A stretch of 64,000 nt of DNA, from contig JANYKV010000090.1 of the NCBI GenBank assembly GCA_025358055.1, positions 1,075 through 65,074 of the forward strand. The letters are read 5' to 3'. The stretch is from Gemmatimonadota bacterium (lineage in GTDB: Bacteria > Gemmatimonadota > Gemmatimonadetes > Gemmatimonadales > GWC2-71-9). The translations under genes were made by a program, and so were the position numbers. The notes beneath the pieces are model-generated. The model saw nothing but the letters and a program-made list of their open reading frames with translations. It made no database searches and was not told the origin of the DNA. Shown here one piece after another: positions 19,204-29,239 of this stretch (position 1 is its first letter; the number at the start of each line of letters is the position of its first letter).

Positions 19204-19830
19204 CTAACGCCGGGGACCTCGACGCATTCGGGTGTAGTCCGGCCGGCCGTAGCGTTGCTCGGACCACGGATCGCCGCGCATGTGGTAGCCATTCTGCTCC
19301 CAGAAGCCGGGATAGTCTTCGTCGATGAATTCGAGTCCGGTGATCCACTTCGCACTTTTCCAAAAATAGAGATGGGGGATCACCAGCCGGATTGGGCCGC
19401 CATGTTCTGGGGTAAGTGGCGCTCCGTTGTGATGGGTGGCGAGGAGGTTCCCGTCCCGGTCAACATCCTCGATCGGTACGTTGGTGGTGTAATCGGGTGC
19501 GGCGTGCACCATGACGAACTTGGCTTCGGGCCGAAGACCGACTTGGGCGAGAATCGCTCGGACTGAAATGCCGCGAAAGGTGTTGTCATACCGGCTCCAC
19601 CGCGTAACACAGTGAATGTCGCACAGCGTTTCAATCGTGGGAAGCGCCTCCAAGTCCTTCCACGTGAAGCTTTGTGGCCGCTCCACCGCACCGGTCACCT
19701 CGAGGGTCCATCGCTCGAGGTTGAGTGACGGGATATGGCCGTAGTGCAAGACCGGCCATTTCTGAGTCAGAATCTGACCCGGAGGGAGTCGCTCTCGGTC
19801 TTGCGTCCGAAGATCCATCCGGTCAGTCAT
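19204..19830 (-). CDS. sulfite-oxidase-fold molybdopterin-dependent oxidoreductase (YedY/MsrP-like catalytic subunit)
   Basis: ORF 19204..19878 trimmed to ATG 19830, which is preceded by GAGGAAGT. Moco-Cys context DIHCVTRWSRYD. C-terminal FWKSAKWITGLEF and FWEQNGYH. Confidence 0.8.
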   Translation of the reverse strand: MTDRMDLRTQDRERLPPGQILTQKWPVLHYGHIPSLNLERWTLEVTGAVERPQSFTWKDLEALPTIETLCDIHCVTRWSRYDNTFRGISVRAILAQVGLRPEAKFVMVHAAPDYTTNVPIEDVDRDGNLLATHHNGAPLTPEHGGPIRLVIPHLYFWKSAKWITGLEFIDEDYPGFWEQNGYHMRGDPWSEQRYGRPDYTRMRRGPRR

Positions 19831-19884
19831 ACTTCCTCGATCCGTCCTATGGTGGTCACCGCGAGTTACGGTTCGCAATGGTAA

Positions 19885-19910
19885 TACGTTACAGAGGTTC
19901 CTTAAGTTCC
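19885..19910 (-). promoter_or_regulatory. ECF-type promoter candidate GGGAAC-N17-CGTA upstream of the Mo-oxidoreductase gene
   Basis: The minus strand reads cGGGAACttaaggaacctctgtaaCGTATTACC. GGAAC is plus gttcc at 19906-19910 and CGTA is plus tacg at 19885-19888, with a 17-nt spacer. It lies about 55 nt upstream of ATG 19830. Confidence 0.3.
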
Positions 19911-19930
19911 CGCGACACGATTTTCCTTGA

Positions 19931-19944
19931 CGGGGGGCCCCCCG
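19931..19944. other. G6C6 palindrome immediately downstream of lipB
   Basis: cggggggccccccg is a perfect 14-bp palindrome 7 nt after the lipB stop (19951-19953). There is no U-tract on the minus strand. Confidence 0.2.
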
Positions 19945-19950
19945 CGATGG

Positions 19951-20661
19951 CTATTGTCGGAGCGGGGGATTCTGGGGAGGTGTTGTCCACAGCTCAGGAT
20001 CACGAGTCGGTGCCAGGTCGAACTGGCGCCCCATGGCGCCGATGACCGCATCCTTGGTCTCGTTCCAGAGCTGCAGCTGATCGGTCGAGCGCCCCGCCTC
20101 TCGCGCCACCGACGTCATGATGACCCCGGAGATGCCGCAGGGCACGACCCAGTCGAACCCCTTGAGCTCGTTGATGACGTTGAGCGCGAACCCATGCAGC
20201 GTGACCCATTGTTTCACATGGATACCGATGCTCGCGATCTTGCGTCCCCCGGTCCAGACGCCGGTCAGGCCGGGGTTTCGCTCCGCGGGAATGTCGAACG
20301 CCGTCAATGCTTCGATCAGCACGGCTTCCAGCTGGCGGAGATACCAATGCAGATCTTGGCGATGGCGGTGCAAATCGAGGATTGGGTATCCGACCAACTG
20401 TCCGGGCTCGTGAACCGTCGCGTCCCCGCCCCGCTCGACTTCATACACCTCCATTCCGCGGGCTTCGAGCTGGGCCGCAGAAAGGGGCAGGGAGCTGGCC
20501 TTGGTTCCTCGACCAAGCGTTACGACCGTCGGGTGTTCGACGAGCAAGAGCACATCGTGGTCTAGGGCGCCGCTTACTCGTTGTTTGGCGAGGCTCCGCT
20601 GCAGGTCGAGCGTCTCCCCATAGCGCTGGCGACCTAAGTCCAGAATGCCGAGAGGGAACAT
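19951..20661 (-). CDS. lipB: lipoyl(octanoyl) transferase
   Basis: ORF trimmed to ATG 20661 (MFPLGILDLG). Motifs LLLVEHPTVVTLGRGT, ERGGDATVHEPGQLVGYPIL, GRKIASIGIHV. Confidence 0.9.
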   Translation of the reverse strand: MFPLGILDLGRQRYGETLDLQRSLAKQRVSGALDHDVLLLVEHPTVVTLGRGTKASSLPLSAAQLEARGMEVYEVERGGDATVHEPGQLVGYPILDLHRHRQDLHWYLRQLEAVLIEALTAFDIPAERNPGLTGVWTGGRKIASIGIHVKQWVTLHGFALNVINELKGFDWVVPCGISGVIMTSVAREAGRSTDQLQLWNETKDAVIGAMGRQFDLAPTRDPELWTTPPQNPPLRQ

Positions 20662-20662
20662 T

Positions 20663-21148
20663 TCAGGCGGCGGGTATCGTGGGGCCCTCGCGCGTCTCAA
20701 GGCGTCGCCGGGCCAGTGGCCGGGTCAACCACGCTGCGGACAATGCACAGAGAACCGCGAGGCCGAGCAATCCGATCCGGCCGAGCCAAAGGTCGATCGG
20801 GACCGTGATCATCGAGACGACTAGAGTGGCGAAGGCGCTGACGATGGCGAGGCCGCCCTGCCGATATGCGGACCGGACCGGTGCGAGTAGTTGCCAGGTG
20901 AGCACCGCCGCCACGAGGACGCCGGTCAAGGTGCCGAACAGTAGGATCAAAGCCGGCGCCGACCCAAGGTCGATCGCCGGGGACGGCGACGATTGGGACT
21001 GGAGCGTGCGAACCAACAGGGCCACTGTCGATTCCACTCCCGTTCCGACCGTCACGGCGAACACCATCGCCACGAACGCGAGGCCCACATAGTCCGTCGT
21101 TGGAGCATTGGAGCCCAGCGGATTGGGGGAAAGCGGAGGTGATGTCAT
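20663..21148 (-). CDS. hypothetical 4-TM membrane protein inside the lipoate/PDH cluster
   Basis: Four hydrophobic helices. Its stop (20663-20665) lies 1 nt before the lipB ATG. No family recognised. Confidence 0.55.
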   Translation of the reverse strand: MTSPPLSPNPLGSNAPTTDYVGLAFVAMVFAVTVGTGVESTVALLVRTLQSQSSPSPAIDLGSAPALILLFGTLTGVLVAAVLTWQLLAPVRSAYRQGGLAIVSAFATLVVSMITVPIDLWLGRIGLLGLAVLCALSAAWLTRPLARRRLETREGPTIPAA

Positions 21149-21273
21149 GGTGAAAGATAGTTCCTCATGGAGACATGGGTCTGGGCCCTCAAAGCGCCGT
21201 ATCCCTCTTGGCGGTCCCAGTCCCGATTCCCCAGTTCGTTTCCCTTTTCCTCTTCCCCGTTACCAGGTCCCAC

Positions 21274-22668
21274 TCAGGTATGCAACACCCGACCCATACT
21301 GTCCAAGCCCGCCTCGGCGATGGCTTCGGACAAGGTCGGGTGGGCATGAATCGCCAAATCCACCTCCTCGACCGTATACTCGTTCTCTCGCGCGACGGCC
21401 AGCTCGTGGATCATCTCTGAGGCATGGCTGGCAACGATGTGTGCCCCGAGAATCTCTCCGTATTTCTTGTCACGAATGATTTTAACGAAGCCCTCGGTCT
21501 CCATCGACGCCCGGGCGCGCCCGTTGGCTGTGAAGGGGAACCGGCCGACTTGATACTCCAGGCCTTTGGCTTTTACCTGATCCTCGGTCAACCCAATGCT
21601 GGCCACTTCAGGGTGGCAGTACGTGACGCTCGGCACGTTGTCGTATTTGATCGGTGGCGGTCTATGGCCGGCGATAACCTCGGCGACATAGGTGCCTTCG
21701 CGGGAACCTTTGTGTGCCAGCATTGGAGGGCCGGCAACGTCACCGATGCAGTACACACTTGGCGCAGTCGTTTCGAGAGTCAGGAGATTCACTTTGACGA
21801 AACCGCGTTCAGTGAGCTGCACGCCCGCCTGCGCGAACCCCATTCCTTCGGTGTTTACCGCCCGCCCCGCCGCCATCAAGACTTTATCCACTGTGATCTT
21901 CTGCGCGCTGCCGCCCGATTCGAACTCCAGTGTGACCGACAGGGGGCCTACCGTCGCTTTGGTTACCTTCGCACCGGCGAACACGTCAATCCTTCGCTTC
22001 TTGAAGCTCTTGGTGATCGCGTCGGAGGTCTCCGCGTCTTCCACTGGAAGGATACGCGGCAGGGCCTCGATGAGCGTGACCTTGGTGCCGAAGGCGTTGA
22101 AGATGTCGGCGAATTCCGCGCCGACCGCTCCGGCCCCAACAATGGCCAGCGAGGCCGGGGCGTTCTCGAGGAGAAGTGCCTCATCCGAGCTGATCACCGT
22201 GGTCTTGTTGATCTCGAGGCCGATGGCCGGGATGCCCTTCACTCGTGATCCGGTGGCGATCACCACCGCTTTGGTTGCCGTGTGAACCTCGCTACCGACT
22301 CTGACCTTTTTGCCGGGCTCGAGGACCCCGGTGCCGCGGAGGACGGTGATTTTGTTCTTTTTCATCAAGAACTCGGCGCCCTTCGAATTCTGGTCCGCGA
22401 CCTGCCGCGAGCGCCGCATCGCCACCCCATAGTCGGTCTTGACGCTTCCCACCTCGATGCCCAGAGCTTTGGCATCGTGGGCGACGAGGTTCGCGACATA
22501 CGCGCTATGGAGGAGGGCCTTGGTCGGGATGCAGCCGATATTGACACAGACCCCACCCAACTTGTCCTTCTCCACCACCGCGGCATTCAAACCGAGTTGG
22601 GCGCAGCGAATTGCGCACACATACCCAGCTGGGCCACCGCCGATGATGATGACGTCGAAATTCGCCAC
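21274..22668 (-). CDS. lpdA: dihydrolipoyl dehydrogenase (E3)
   Basis: FAD fold IIIGGGPAGYVCA, redox-active CVNIGCIPTK, and C-terminal HAHPTLSEA. Confidence 0.93.
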   Translation of the reverse strand: MANFDVIIIGGGPAGYVCAIRCAQLGLNAAVVEKDKLGGVCVNIGCIPTKALLHSAYVANLVAHDAKALGIEVGSVKTDYGVAMRRSRQVADQNSKGAEFLMKKNKITVLRGTGVLEPGKKVRVGSEVHTATKAVVIATGSRVKGIPAIGLEINKTTVISSDEALLLENAPASLAIVGAGAVGAEFADIFNAFGTKVTLIEALPRILPVEDAETSDAITKSFKKRRIDVFAGAKVTKATVGPLSVTLEFESGGSAQKITVDKVLMAAGRAVNTEGMGFAQAGVQLTERGFVKVNLLTLETTAPSVYCIGDVAGPPMLAHKGSREGTYVAEVIAGHRPPPIKYDNVPSVTYCHPEVASIGLTEDQVKAKGLEYQVGRFPFTANGRARASMETEGFVKIIRDKKYGEILGAHIVASHASEMIHELAVARENEYTVEEVDLAIHAHPTLSEAIAEAGLDSMGRVLHT

Positions 22669-22725
22669 GAGTACTCCAGAGTTGTGGTCAGTCGGGATCG
22701 GTGAGCCGTCGTCGGCAGCCCGATT

Positions 22726-23982
22726 CTACCAAACTAATGCCAGCGGATTTTCGAGGAACAGCTTCAGGGTTTTCAAGAATGCCGCTCCGGTCGCCCCGTC
22801 GATCACGCGATGGTCGCAGGACATGGTGAGCCGCAGCCGGCGTCGGATGGCGATCGCTCCATCGACCACCGCAGGGCGCTCAGCAATCCGGCCAACCGCG
22901 AGAATGCCGGCTTCGGGCGGATTGATCACCGCGGTGAACTCGTCGATGTCGAACATGCCGAGGTTGGAGATCGAGAAGGTGCCGCCGGTGTATTCCTCCG
23001 GCATGAGCTTGCGATTGCGAGCCCGGCCGGCGAGCTCCTTCGCTTCCGCCCCGATCTGGCGAAGCGACTTACGATCCGCATGGCGAATCACGGGGGTGAT
23101 GAGTCCGTCTGGAATCGCCACCGCCATGCTGATGTGAACGTCATTCCAATAGCGAATGTGGTCATCTTGCCACCAAGCGTTGCAGGCCGGGTGCTCGATG
23201 AGCGCTGTGGCCAACGCCTTCATGATGATGTCGTTGAAGGAAATCTTGGATTGGTCTTCCCCAGCCGCGTTGAGGGATGCCCGGGCCTCCCACATCCGCT
23301 CCATGTCCACCTCGGTCGTGAGATAGAATGTGGGGATCGGGCCGATCGATTGAGCTAGCCGCTTGGCGATCGTTTTCCGGATTTGCGTCAGGGGTACATC
23401 GGTGTAGCCGAGGCCCGGCCCGGCCGGACTGACGCTCCAAGATGGACCCGCACTCGGGCGGGACGGAGCGGAGGCGGGGCGGGCCGCGTTGACCGCATCC
23501 AGATCTCGCTTGATGATCCGGCCTTCCGGCCCCGACCCCGCCACGCTCGCGAGATTGAGACCCTGGTCGGCCGCGATCTTTCGGGCCAGCGGAGAGGCTT
23601 TCACGCGGGAGGATCCAGGGTCACTGGCCGGAGTGGCTGCCGCTTTGGGCGATGCTGCGGTGCCGGGCGGTGGAGCGGCGCTCACTACGGGTCCGGAGGC
23701 ATCCGCGGCCGTTGGGGCGGGAGCTCCGTCCGCCAATGCCTCGCCCGGTTGGCCGATCCACCCCACCAACTGCGATACCGGCACGGTGGCCCCGGCGGCG
23801 GCGATTTGTTTGAGGAGCGTGCCCGCAGAGCGCGCGACGATTTCCATCACGGCTTTGTCCGTCTCCACCTCGGCCAGCACATCGCCCAAGGCAACGGCGT
23901 CCCCTTCCTTCTTCTTCCATTCGACTAGGCGGCCTTCTTCCATTGTGGGGGAAAGCGCCTCCATCAGGATCTTGGTTGCCAT
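22726..23982 (-). CDS. pyruvate dehydrogenase complex dihydrolipoamide acetyltransferase (E2)
   Basis: Lipoyl domain with ETDKAVMEI, E3-binding PLARKIAADQG, and catalytic SCDHRVIDG. Confidence 0.9.
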   Translation of the reverse strand: MATKILMEALSPTMEEGRLVEWKKKEGDAVALGDVLAEVETDKAVMEIVARSAGTLLKQIAAAGATVPVSQLVGWIGQPGEALADGAPAPTAADASGPVVSAAPPPGTAASPKAAATPASDPGSSRVKASPLARKIAADQGLNLASVAGSGPEGRIIKRDLDAVNAARPASAPSRPSAGPSWSVSPAGPGLGYTDVPLTQIRKTIAKRLAQSIGPIPTFYLTTEVDMERMWEARASLNAAGEDQSKISFNDIIMKALATALIEHPACNAWWQDDHIRYWNDVHISMAVAIPDGLITPVIRHADRKSLRQIGAEAKELAGRARNRKLMPEEYTGGTFSISNLGMFDIDEFTAVINPPEAGILAVGRIAERPAVVDGAIAIRRRLRLTMSCDHRVIDGATGAAFLKTLKLFLENPLALVW

Positions 23983-23988
23983 GACGCC

Positions 23989-24969
23989 CTATGCGAGGTA
24001 AAGGACCCGTTTCGCGGCCACGATGATCTTGGCGGCGTCGACTTTGGCTGCTTTCTCGAGCAGCTTGTTGTAGGGCATCGGTACGTCGGCGCCGGTCACC
24101 CGAAGCACGGGAGCGTCGAGCGCGTCAAAGATCTCGCGTTGAATGACATCTACGACCTGCGCGCCGATGCCCGCGAACTCCCAACCCTCCTCCGCCACGA
24201 CACACCGATTCGTTTTCGCGACCGACTTGAGGATTGCGTCCGTGTCGAGCGGGCGAATGGTGCGCAGGTCGAGTACCTCGGCCGCGATATTCTCCGTGGC
24301 AAGCTGCTCCGCGGCTTTGAGCGCTTGGGTAACCGTTTTCGAGTGACAGACGATCGTGACGTCTTTGCCGTCCCGTTTGATGTCGGCCTTTCCAAGGGGA
24401 ATGGTATACTCGTCTTCGGGGACTTCCCCTTTCGTGTTGTAGAGCATCTCGCCTTCGATGAAGACCACCGGATCGTCATCTCGAATGGCACTCTTGAGGA
24501 GGCCCTTCGCGTCCGCCGGCGTGGCGGGGGTGACGACCTTGAGGCCGGGGATGTGCGCGTACCAACTCTCGAACGCCTGGGAATGTTGGGCTCCCAGTTG
24601 AAGAGCCGACCCGCCGGGGCCGCGGAAGACGATCGGGCAGCCGAATTGTCCGCCGGACATATACCGCATCTTCGCGGCGGAGTTCACGATCTGGTCGATC
24701 GCGAGAAGGGCGAAATTGAACGTCATCATTTCGATGATGGGCCGCAGTCCGACCATCGCCGCACCGACGCCAATGCCCGTGAAGCCCAACTCGGCGATCG
24801 GCGTGTCGATCACGCGTTTCGCCCCGAATTCCTCCAAGAGTCCGCGGCTCACTTTGTACGCGCCGTGGTACTCTCCCACTTCCTCGCCCATCAGAAAGAC
24901 CTTGTCGTCCCGCCGCATCTCTTCTCGGAGGGCCTGGTTCAGCGCGTCGCGATAGGTAATGGTGGCCAT
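23989..24969 (-). CDS. pdhB: pyruvate dehydrogenase E1 component subunit beta
   Basis: Typical E1-beta over 326 aa: [35 protein letters not shown]. Confidence 0.93.
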   Translation of the reverse strand: MATITYRDALNQALREEMRRDDKVFLMGEEVGEYHGAYKVSRGLLEEFGAKRVIDTPIAELGFTGIGVGAAMVGLRPIIEMMTFNFALLAIDQIVNSAAKMRYMSGGQFGCPIVFRGPGGSALQLGAQHSQAFESWYAHIPGLKVVTPATPADAKGLLKSAIRDDDPVVFIEGEMLYNTKGEVPEDEYTIPLGKADIKRDGKDVTIVCHSKTVTQALKAAEQLATENIAAEVLDLRTIRPLDTDAILKSVAKTNRCVVAEEGWEFAGIGAQVVDVIQREIFDALDAPVLRVTGADVPMPYNKLLEKAAKVDAAKIIVAAKRVLYLA

Positions 24970-24971
24970 GC

Positions 24972-25994
24972 TTAGCTGACCTTCCCCGGTCCGCGAGCAT
25001 ACACGTCCGCAAACAACTGCGAGGGATCCGGATCAGCCGACCGATCGGCGAATTCGTACGCGTCCTCCACTTCGGCAAGGACTTCGTCGTTCAAAGCCTT
25101 GAATGCCACGTCGTCGAGGTATCGTCCCGCCCGCATCTGGTCCGCGAGCACGTTGATGGGGTCCCGGCGGCGATACTCCTCGACCTCCTCTTTGGTGCGG
25201 TAGGTGCCGTGCGCGGCGTCGGACATCGAGTGCCCAACATACCGGTAGGTCCGCAACTCGAGTAACGTCGGCTGCATCTCGGTGCGGGCGCGCACCACGG
25301 CCCGATCCATCGCCTGGCGAACCGCGAGCACGCTCTGTCCATCCACGGCTTCCGCCACCATCCCGTACGCGGTGCCCTTCCGGCTCAAGTCCACGACCGC
25401 GCTGGCCCTCGCTACGGCCGTTCCCATGCCGTATCCGTTGTTCTCGCAGAGGAACACAACCGGCAGCCCCCACAGCGATGCCATATTGAGGGCTTCGTGG
25501 AACGCGCCGATGTTGGCGGCCGCCTCCCCGAAAAAGCACGCGCAGACTTGGTCGCCGCCCTGATACTTGGTGGCGAAGGCGATACCGGCGCCCAGGGGGA
25601 TCTGGCCGCCGACGATGCCATGCCCGCCCATAAACCGGTGCTCCCGGTCAAAGAGGTGCATTGAGCCACCTTTACCGCTGGAACAACCCGTGGCTTTTCC
25701 GAAGAGTTCCGCCATCACGGAACGCGGCGAGAGCCCGCGTGCGAGCGCGTGTCCGTGCTCGCGATATGCGGCGATCACGTAGTCGTCCCCGCGAAGTGCG
25801 GCCATCACACCCACCGCGACTGCTTCTTGTCCGATATAGAGATGACAAAACCCGCCTATTTTGCCCAGGCTGTATGCTTCGCCTGCCTTCTCTTCGAAAC
25901 GGCGAATCAGGGTCATCTGACGCAAGTACCGCGTATGCACTTCGACGATACTGGCGTCGGGTGCCCGCGATTTGGATGTGGCGGGTGCCGCCAT
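24972..25994 (-). CDS. pdhA: pyruvate dehydrogenase E1 component subunit alpha
   Basis: Motifs [12 protein letters not shown] and TPP-binding [26 protein letters not shown], plus [10 protein letters not shown]. Abuts the lipA stop. Confidence 0.93.
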   Translation of the reverse strand: MAAPATSKSRAPDASIVEVHTRYLRQMTLIRRFEEKAGEAYSLGKIGGFCHLYIGQEAVAVGVMAALRGDDYVIAAYREHGHALARGLSPRSVMAELFGKATGCSSGKGGSMHLFDREHRFMGGHGIVGGQIPLGAGIAFATKYQGGDQVCACFFGEAAANIGAFHEALNMASLWGLPVVFLCENNGYGMGTAVARASAVVDLSRKGTAYGMVAEAVDGQSVLAVRQAMDRAVVRARTEMQPTLLELRTYRYVGHSMSDAAHGTYRTKEEVEEYRRRDPINVLADQMRAGRYLDDVAFKALNDEVLAEVEDAYEFADRSADPDPSQLFADVYARGPGKVS

Positions 25995-26948
25995 TTAGCG
26001 CGTCCTCGTGGCTTTGGCTTTGTCGACTTGTTCCCAGGCATGATACGACGATCGCGTGAGCGGGCTCGCCTCGACGTGATCGAACCCCATTGACACCCCG
26101 GCCGCACGGAGCTCGGCGAATTCGTCCGGAGCATAGAACCGCGAGACGGGGAGATGCGAATCCGAGGGCCGTAAGTATTGGCCCAACGTCAGAATGTTGA
26201 CGTCGCTCCGCCGCAGATCACGCATCGCGACCAGAACCTCGTCCCACTCTTCGCCCATGCCGAGAATGATGCCGGATTTGGTCAGTCCGTCCGGAGTCAT
26301 TCGGCGGGCATTCGCCAAGAGCCGTAGGGCCCGGTCGTACCGTCCGCCCGGCCGGGCAAGACGATAGAGCCGCTCCACCGTTTCGAGATTGTGATTCAAG
26401 ATATCCGGTGCCCCGTCCATCACGATCTGCAGGGCGGCGTCCGAACCCTTGAAGTCCGGAATTAACACTTCCACGGAGGTGGCCGGCGTGCGACGCCGGA
26501 TCTCGGTGATACAGCCCGCAAATGCCTCGGCTCCCCCGTTGGGGAGGTCGTCTCGGTCCACCGACGTGATGACGACGTGCGCGAGACCCATCTGGGCGAC
26601 GGCTTCCGCCAGCCGCACCGGTTCGAGAGGATCGAATGCAGTGGGCGTGCCGTGCGAAACCGCGCAATACGCGCAGTTGCGGGTGCAAACGTCTCCCAGG
26701 ATCATGAACGTCGCCGCCTGATGCTCCCAGCATTCCCCGATGTTCGGACAGCGCGCTTCCTCACATACCGTATGGAGATTAAGCTCCCGCATCAACGACT
26801 TGAGCCGGAGATAGTTCGCACCGCCCGGTGCTTTGACCTTGAGCCAGGCGGGCTTTCGGGTCGGCGTCCCAGGGAGCGGAATGGGGGCGTTTGCTTCGGT
26901 CGTTATTCCGGAGCGGGTCAATTGGACCAGCGGTAATGCGACGGACAA
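25995..26948 (-). CDS. lipA: lipoyl synthase
   Basis: Radical-SAM CTRNCAYC plus the N-terminal cluster CEEARCPNIGEC. Length 317 aa. Confidence 0.95.
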   Translation of the reverse strand: MSVALPLVQLTRSGITTEANAPIPLPGTPTRKPAWLKVKAPGGANYLRLKSLMRELNLHTVCEEARCPNIGECWEHQAATFMILGDVCTRNCAYCAVSHGTPTAFDPLEPVRLAEAVAQMGLAHVVITSVDRDDLPNGGAEAFAGCITEIRRRTPATSVEVLIPDFKGSDAALQIVMDGAPDILNHNLETVERLYRLARPGGRYDRALRLLANARRMTPDGLTKSGIILGMGEEWDEVLVAMRDLRRSDVNILTLGQYLRPSDSHLPVSRFYAPDEFAELRAAGVSMGFDHVEASPLTRSSYHAWEQVDKAKATRTR

Positions 26949-27184
26949 ATCCTACCTCCCCAGGGAGCGTTCCGGTTTCGCTCGCAGCGAATAAAGCTAG
27001 TCTCGGTGCGGGGCTCAGAGAAGTGAGGATCCGAGCCGGTGGGGCGGTTGGTGAACCGGCCCGCACTGACAGGCTAAGTCACTAAGGCAAAATAGTTTAG
27101 CGACAGGATGTCGAATTGGCGAGAGGAATGAAGGGGTGCGGCTGTGTCGCCCGCGAATCGGGGTCCCGCGGCCATCCCGGGAGG

Positions 27185-27688
27185 CTAATTCGGTGCGGCC
27201 TTGGTCTGATCCATGAAGACGAGATAGTCGGTCGCCACCGGGCGGCCGTTCAGCTGACGGAGCATGCTGGTGATTTGGCCCCGATGGTAGGTGGAGTGAT
27301 TGACGATGTGATACATCATTTCCTGTAGTGGATACGTCCAGGGTACGCCCTCCGGGTTCTCGTAGGTCACCGGCCGGCTCAGATCCGCGTCCCGGAGGGC
27401 CGCGATAAACGTCTCCTGCTCCTGCTCGACCAGCGTCCAGCGGCCCCGCAGGGCGGCCAGGTCGGCCCAGTGCACCGGCCACCGGCCCGCGGTGGGCAGG
27501 CCTTGCCAGCGGGCCAGCCAGCGCCACTCCCCCCACAGGATGTGCGCGAATGTCCCCAGAATCGAGCGGTGACTGCAGCCGAGATCCCGGGTCAGGTCGT
27601 CCACCGAAAATGCGGCCGCACCATCCAGCAATTGAGCATTGGCCCAACGGTTGAATTTGTACAGTTGGTGGATGTCCCGAATATTCAT
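27185..27688 (-). CDS. DinB family protein
   Basis: ORF 27185..27772 trimmed to ATG 27688 (GGAG upstream). Motifs YKFNRWANAQLL and NHSTYHRGQI. Confidence 0.8.
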   Translation of the reverse strand: MNIRDIHQLYKFNRWANAQLLDGAAAFSVDDLTRDLGCSHRSILGTFAHILWGEWRWLARWQGLPTAGRWPVHWADLAALRGRWTLVEQEQETFIAALRDADLSRPVTYENPEGVPWTYPLQEMMYHIVNHSTYHRGQITSMLRQLNGRPVATDYLVFMDQTKAAPN

Positions 27689-27874
27689 CCGTGGTCTCCG
27701 AAAAGCGGAGCGGGAGGTGGTACCCCGCGTAGGACCGATTTTACCGTGCGAACAAGGCTGAGGCCTTCGCAACGGTCGTTAAGACTCCCCAGAGCAGCGG
27801 CGCTCCCACCGCCATCCAGGCGAGAGCGACGAGCCACCACGGCGAACGCTCCGCCGAGGTTTCTCGGGACCCGA

Positions 27875-29239
27875 TCATGCCCGCACCGCCATGTCATCTC
27901 GGAGAAAATGTGCCGACCGGACCGGCCGGACCAAGAGATTCGCGACGAACCCCACTGCGAGAAGGACCGCCATCAAGGTCATGGTGATATTGTACGCCTC
28001 GGCCTTGGGCACGCCTCGGCTGATCTGATAGTCGCGGATGTAGTTCACGAGGACGGGGCCGAGTATCCCGGCTGCGGACCATGCCGTGAGGAGTCGCCCA
28101 TGGATCGCGCCAACAAACTGGGTTCCGAAAAGATCCGACAGGTAGGCTGGAATGGTCGCAAATCCGCCGCCGTACATTGTGAGAATGATCGCGAAGCAGC
28201 TGACGAACAGGATGACCGACCCCATCCGGCCGGTGACCGGGACCGCGAGGTAGAGCATCAAGCCAAGGGCGAAGAAAACTGCGTAGGTGGGTTTCCGGCC
28301 GATTCGATCGGAGAGCGAGGCCCAGAAGAAACGGCCGCCCATATTGAACAAACTCAGGAGGCCGACGAATCCGGCGGCTGCGCTCGCGTCGATTTGGCCC
28401 TTGAAGACCTCCTGGATCATGGCACTTGCTTGGCCTAACACCCCGATCCCCGCGGTTACATTCATGCACAGCACGACCCAAAGAAGGTAGAACTGCGGTG
28501 TCTTGACGGCCTCCGTCACGTGTACGGTGTTTTGCGTCACGAGCGCGCGCGGCGCCGCCCGCTCGGTATATCCCGCGGGGCGCCATCCGGGTGGGGGCAA
28601 CCGAAAGCTGAAGGCCGCGATCGTCATCGCGACGAAATAAAGCCCTCCGAGGGCTAGGAAGGTTTCGGCCACGCCGACCGAGTGGGCCCCAGCAAACACC
28701 TTCATCAGCGCGGCCGAGAGTGGGGCGGCGATCATCGCCCCGCCGCCAAATCCCATGATGGCCATGCCGGTCGCCATACCACGCCGGTCCGGAAACCATT
28801 TGATGAGCGTCGAGACCGGGGTGATATATCCGAGGCCCAGACCGCAGCCGCCGAGAACGCCGTAACCGATAAGAAGCAGCCAGAGTTGGTGGGTCCGGAC
28901 TCCGACCGCGCCGAGCAGGAATCCGCCGCCCCAACAGCACGCGGCCACAAATCCGCTCTTGCGCGGCCCGGCCTGTTCCAGCCACTTGCCGAAGACAGCG
29001 GCCGACAAGCCCAAACAGACGATGGCGAGACTGAAGACCCAGCCCAGCTCGGTGAGCTTCCAATCCCCGGTGGCGGATCCGTTGACTCCGATCGCTTTGC
29101 TCAACGGCAGATTGAAGACGCTGAAGGCGTACGCTTGGCCGATCGAAAGGTGGATGCCGAGCGCAGCTGGCGGAACCAGCCAGCGGTTGTAGCCTGCGGG
29201 AGCGATGATTCGCGCTTTGTCGAGGAGTCCGGCGGTCAT
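27875..29239 (-). CDS. MFS transporter, oxalate/formate antiporter (OFA) family
   Basis: ORF 27875..29794 trimmed to ATG 29239, which forms an ATGA overlap with the stop of the upstream gene. OFA-type N-terminus NRWLVPPAALGIHLSIGQAYAFSVF. About 12 TM helices. Confidence 0.85.
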   Translation of the reverse strand: MTAGLLDKARIIAPAGYNRWLVPPAALGIHLSIGQAYAFSVFNLPLSKAIGVNGSATGDWKLTELGWVFSLAIVCLGLSAAVFGKWLEQAGPRKSGFVAACCWGGGFLLGAVGVRTHQLWLLLIGYGVLGGCGLGLGYITPVSTLIKWFPDRRGMATGMAIMGFGGGAMIAAPLSAALMKVFAGAHSVGVAETFLALGGLYFVAMTIAAFSFRLPPPGWRPAGYTERAAPRALVTQNTVHVTEAVKTPQFYLLWVVLCMNVTAGIGVLGQASAMIQEVFKGQIDASAAAGFVGLLSLFNMGGRFFWASLSDRIGRKPTYAVFFALGLMLYLAVPVTGRMGSVILFVSCFAIILTMYGGGFATIPAYLSDLFGTQFVGAIHGRLLTAWSAAGILGPVLVNYIRDYQISRGVPKAEAYNITMTLMAVLLAVGFVANLLVRPVRSAHFLRDDMAVRA

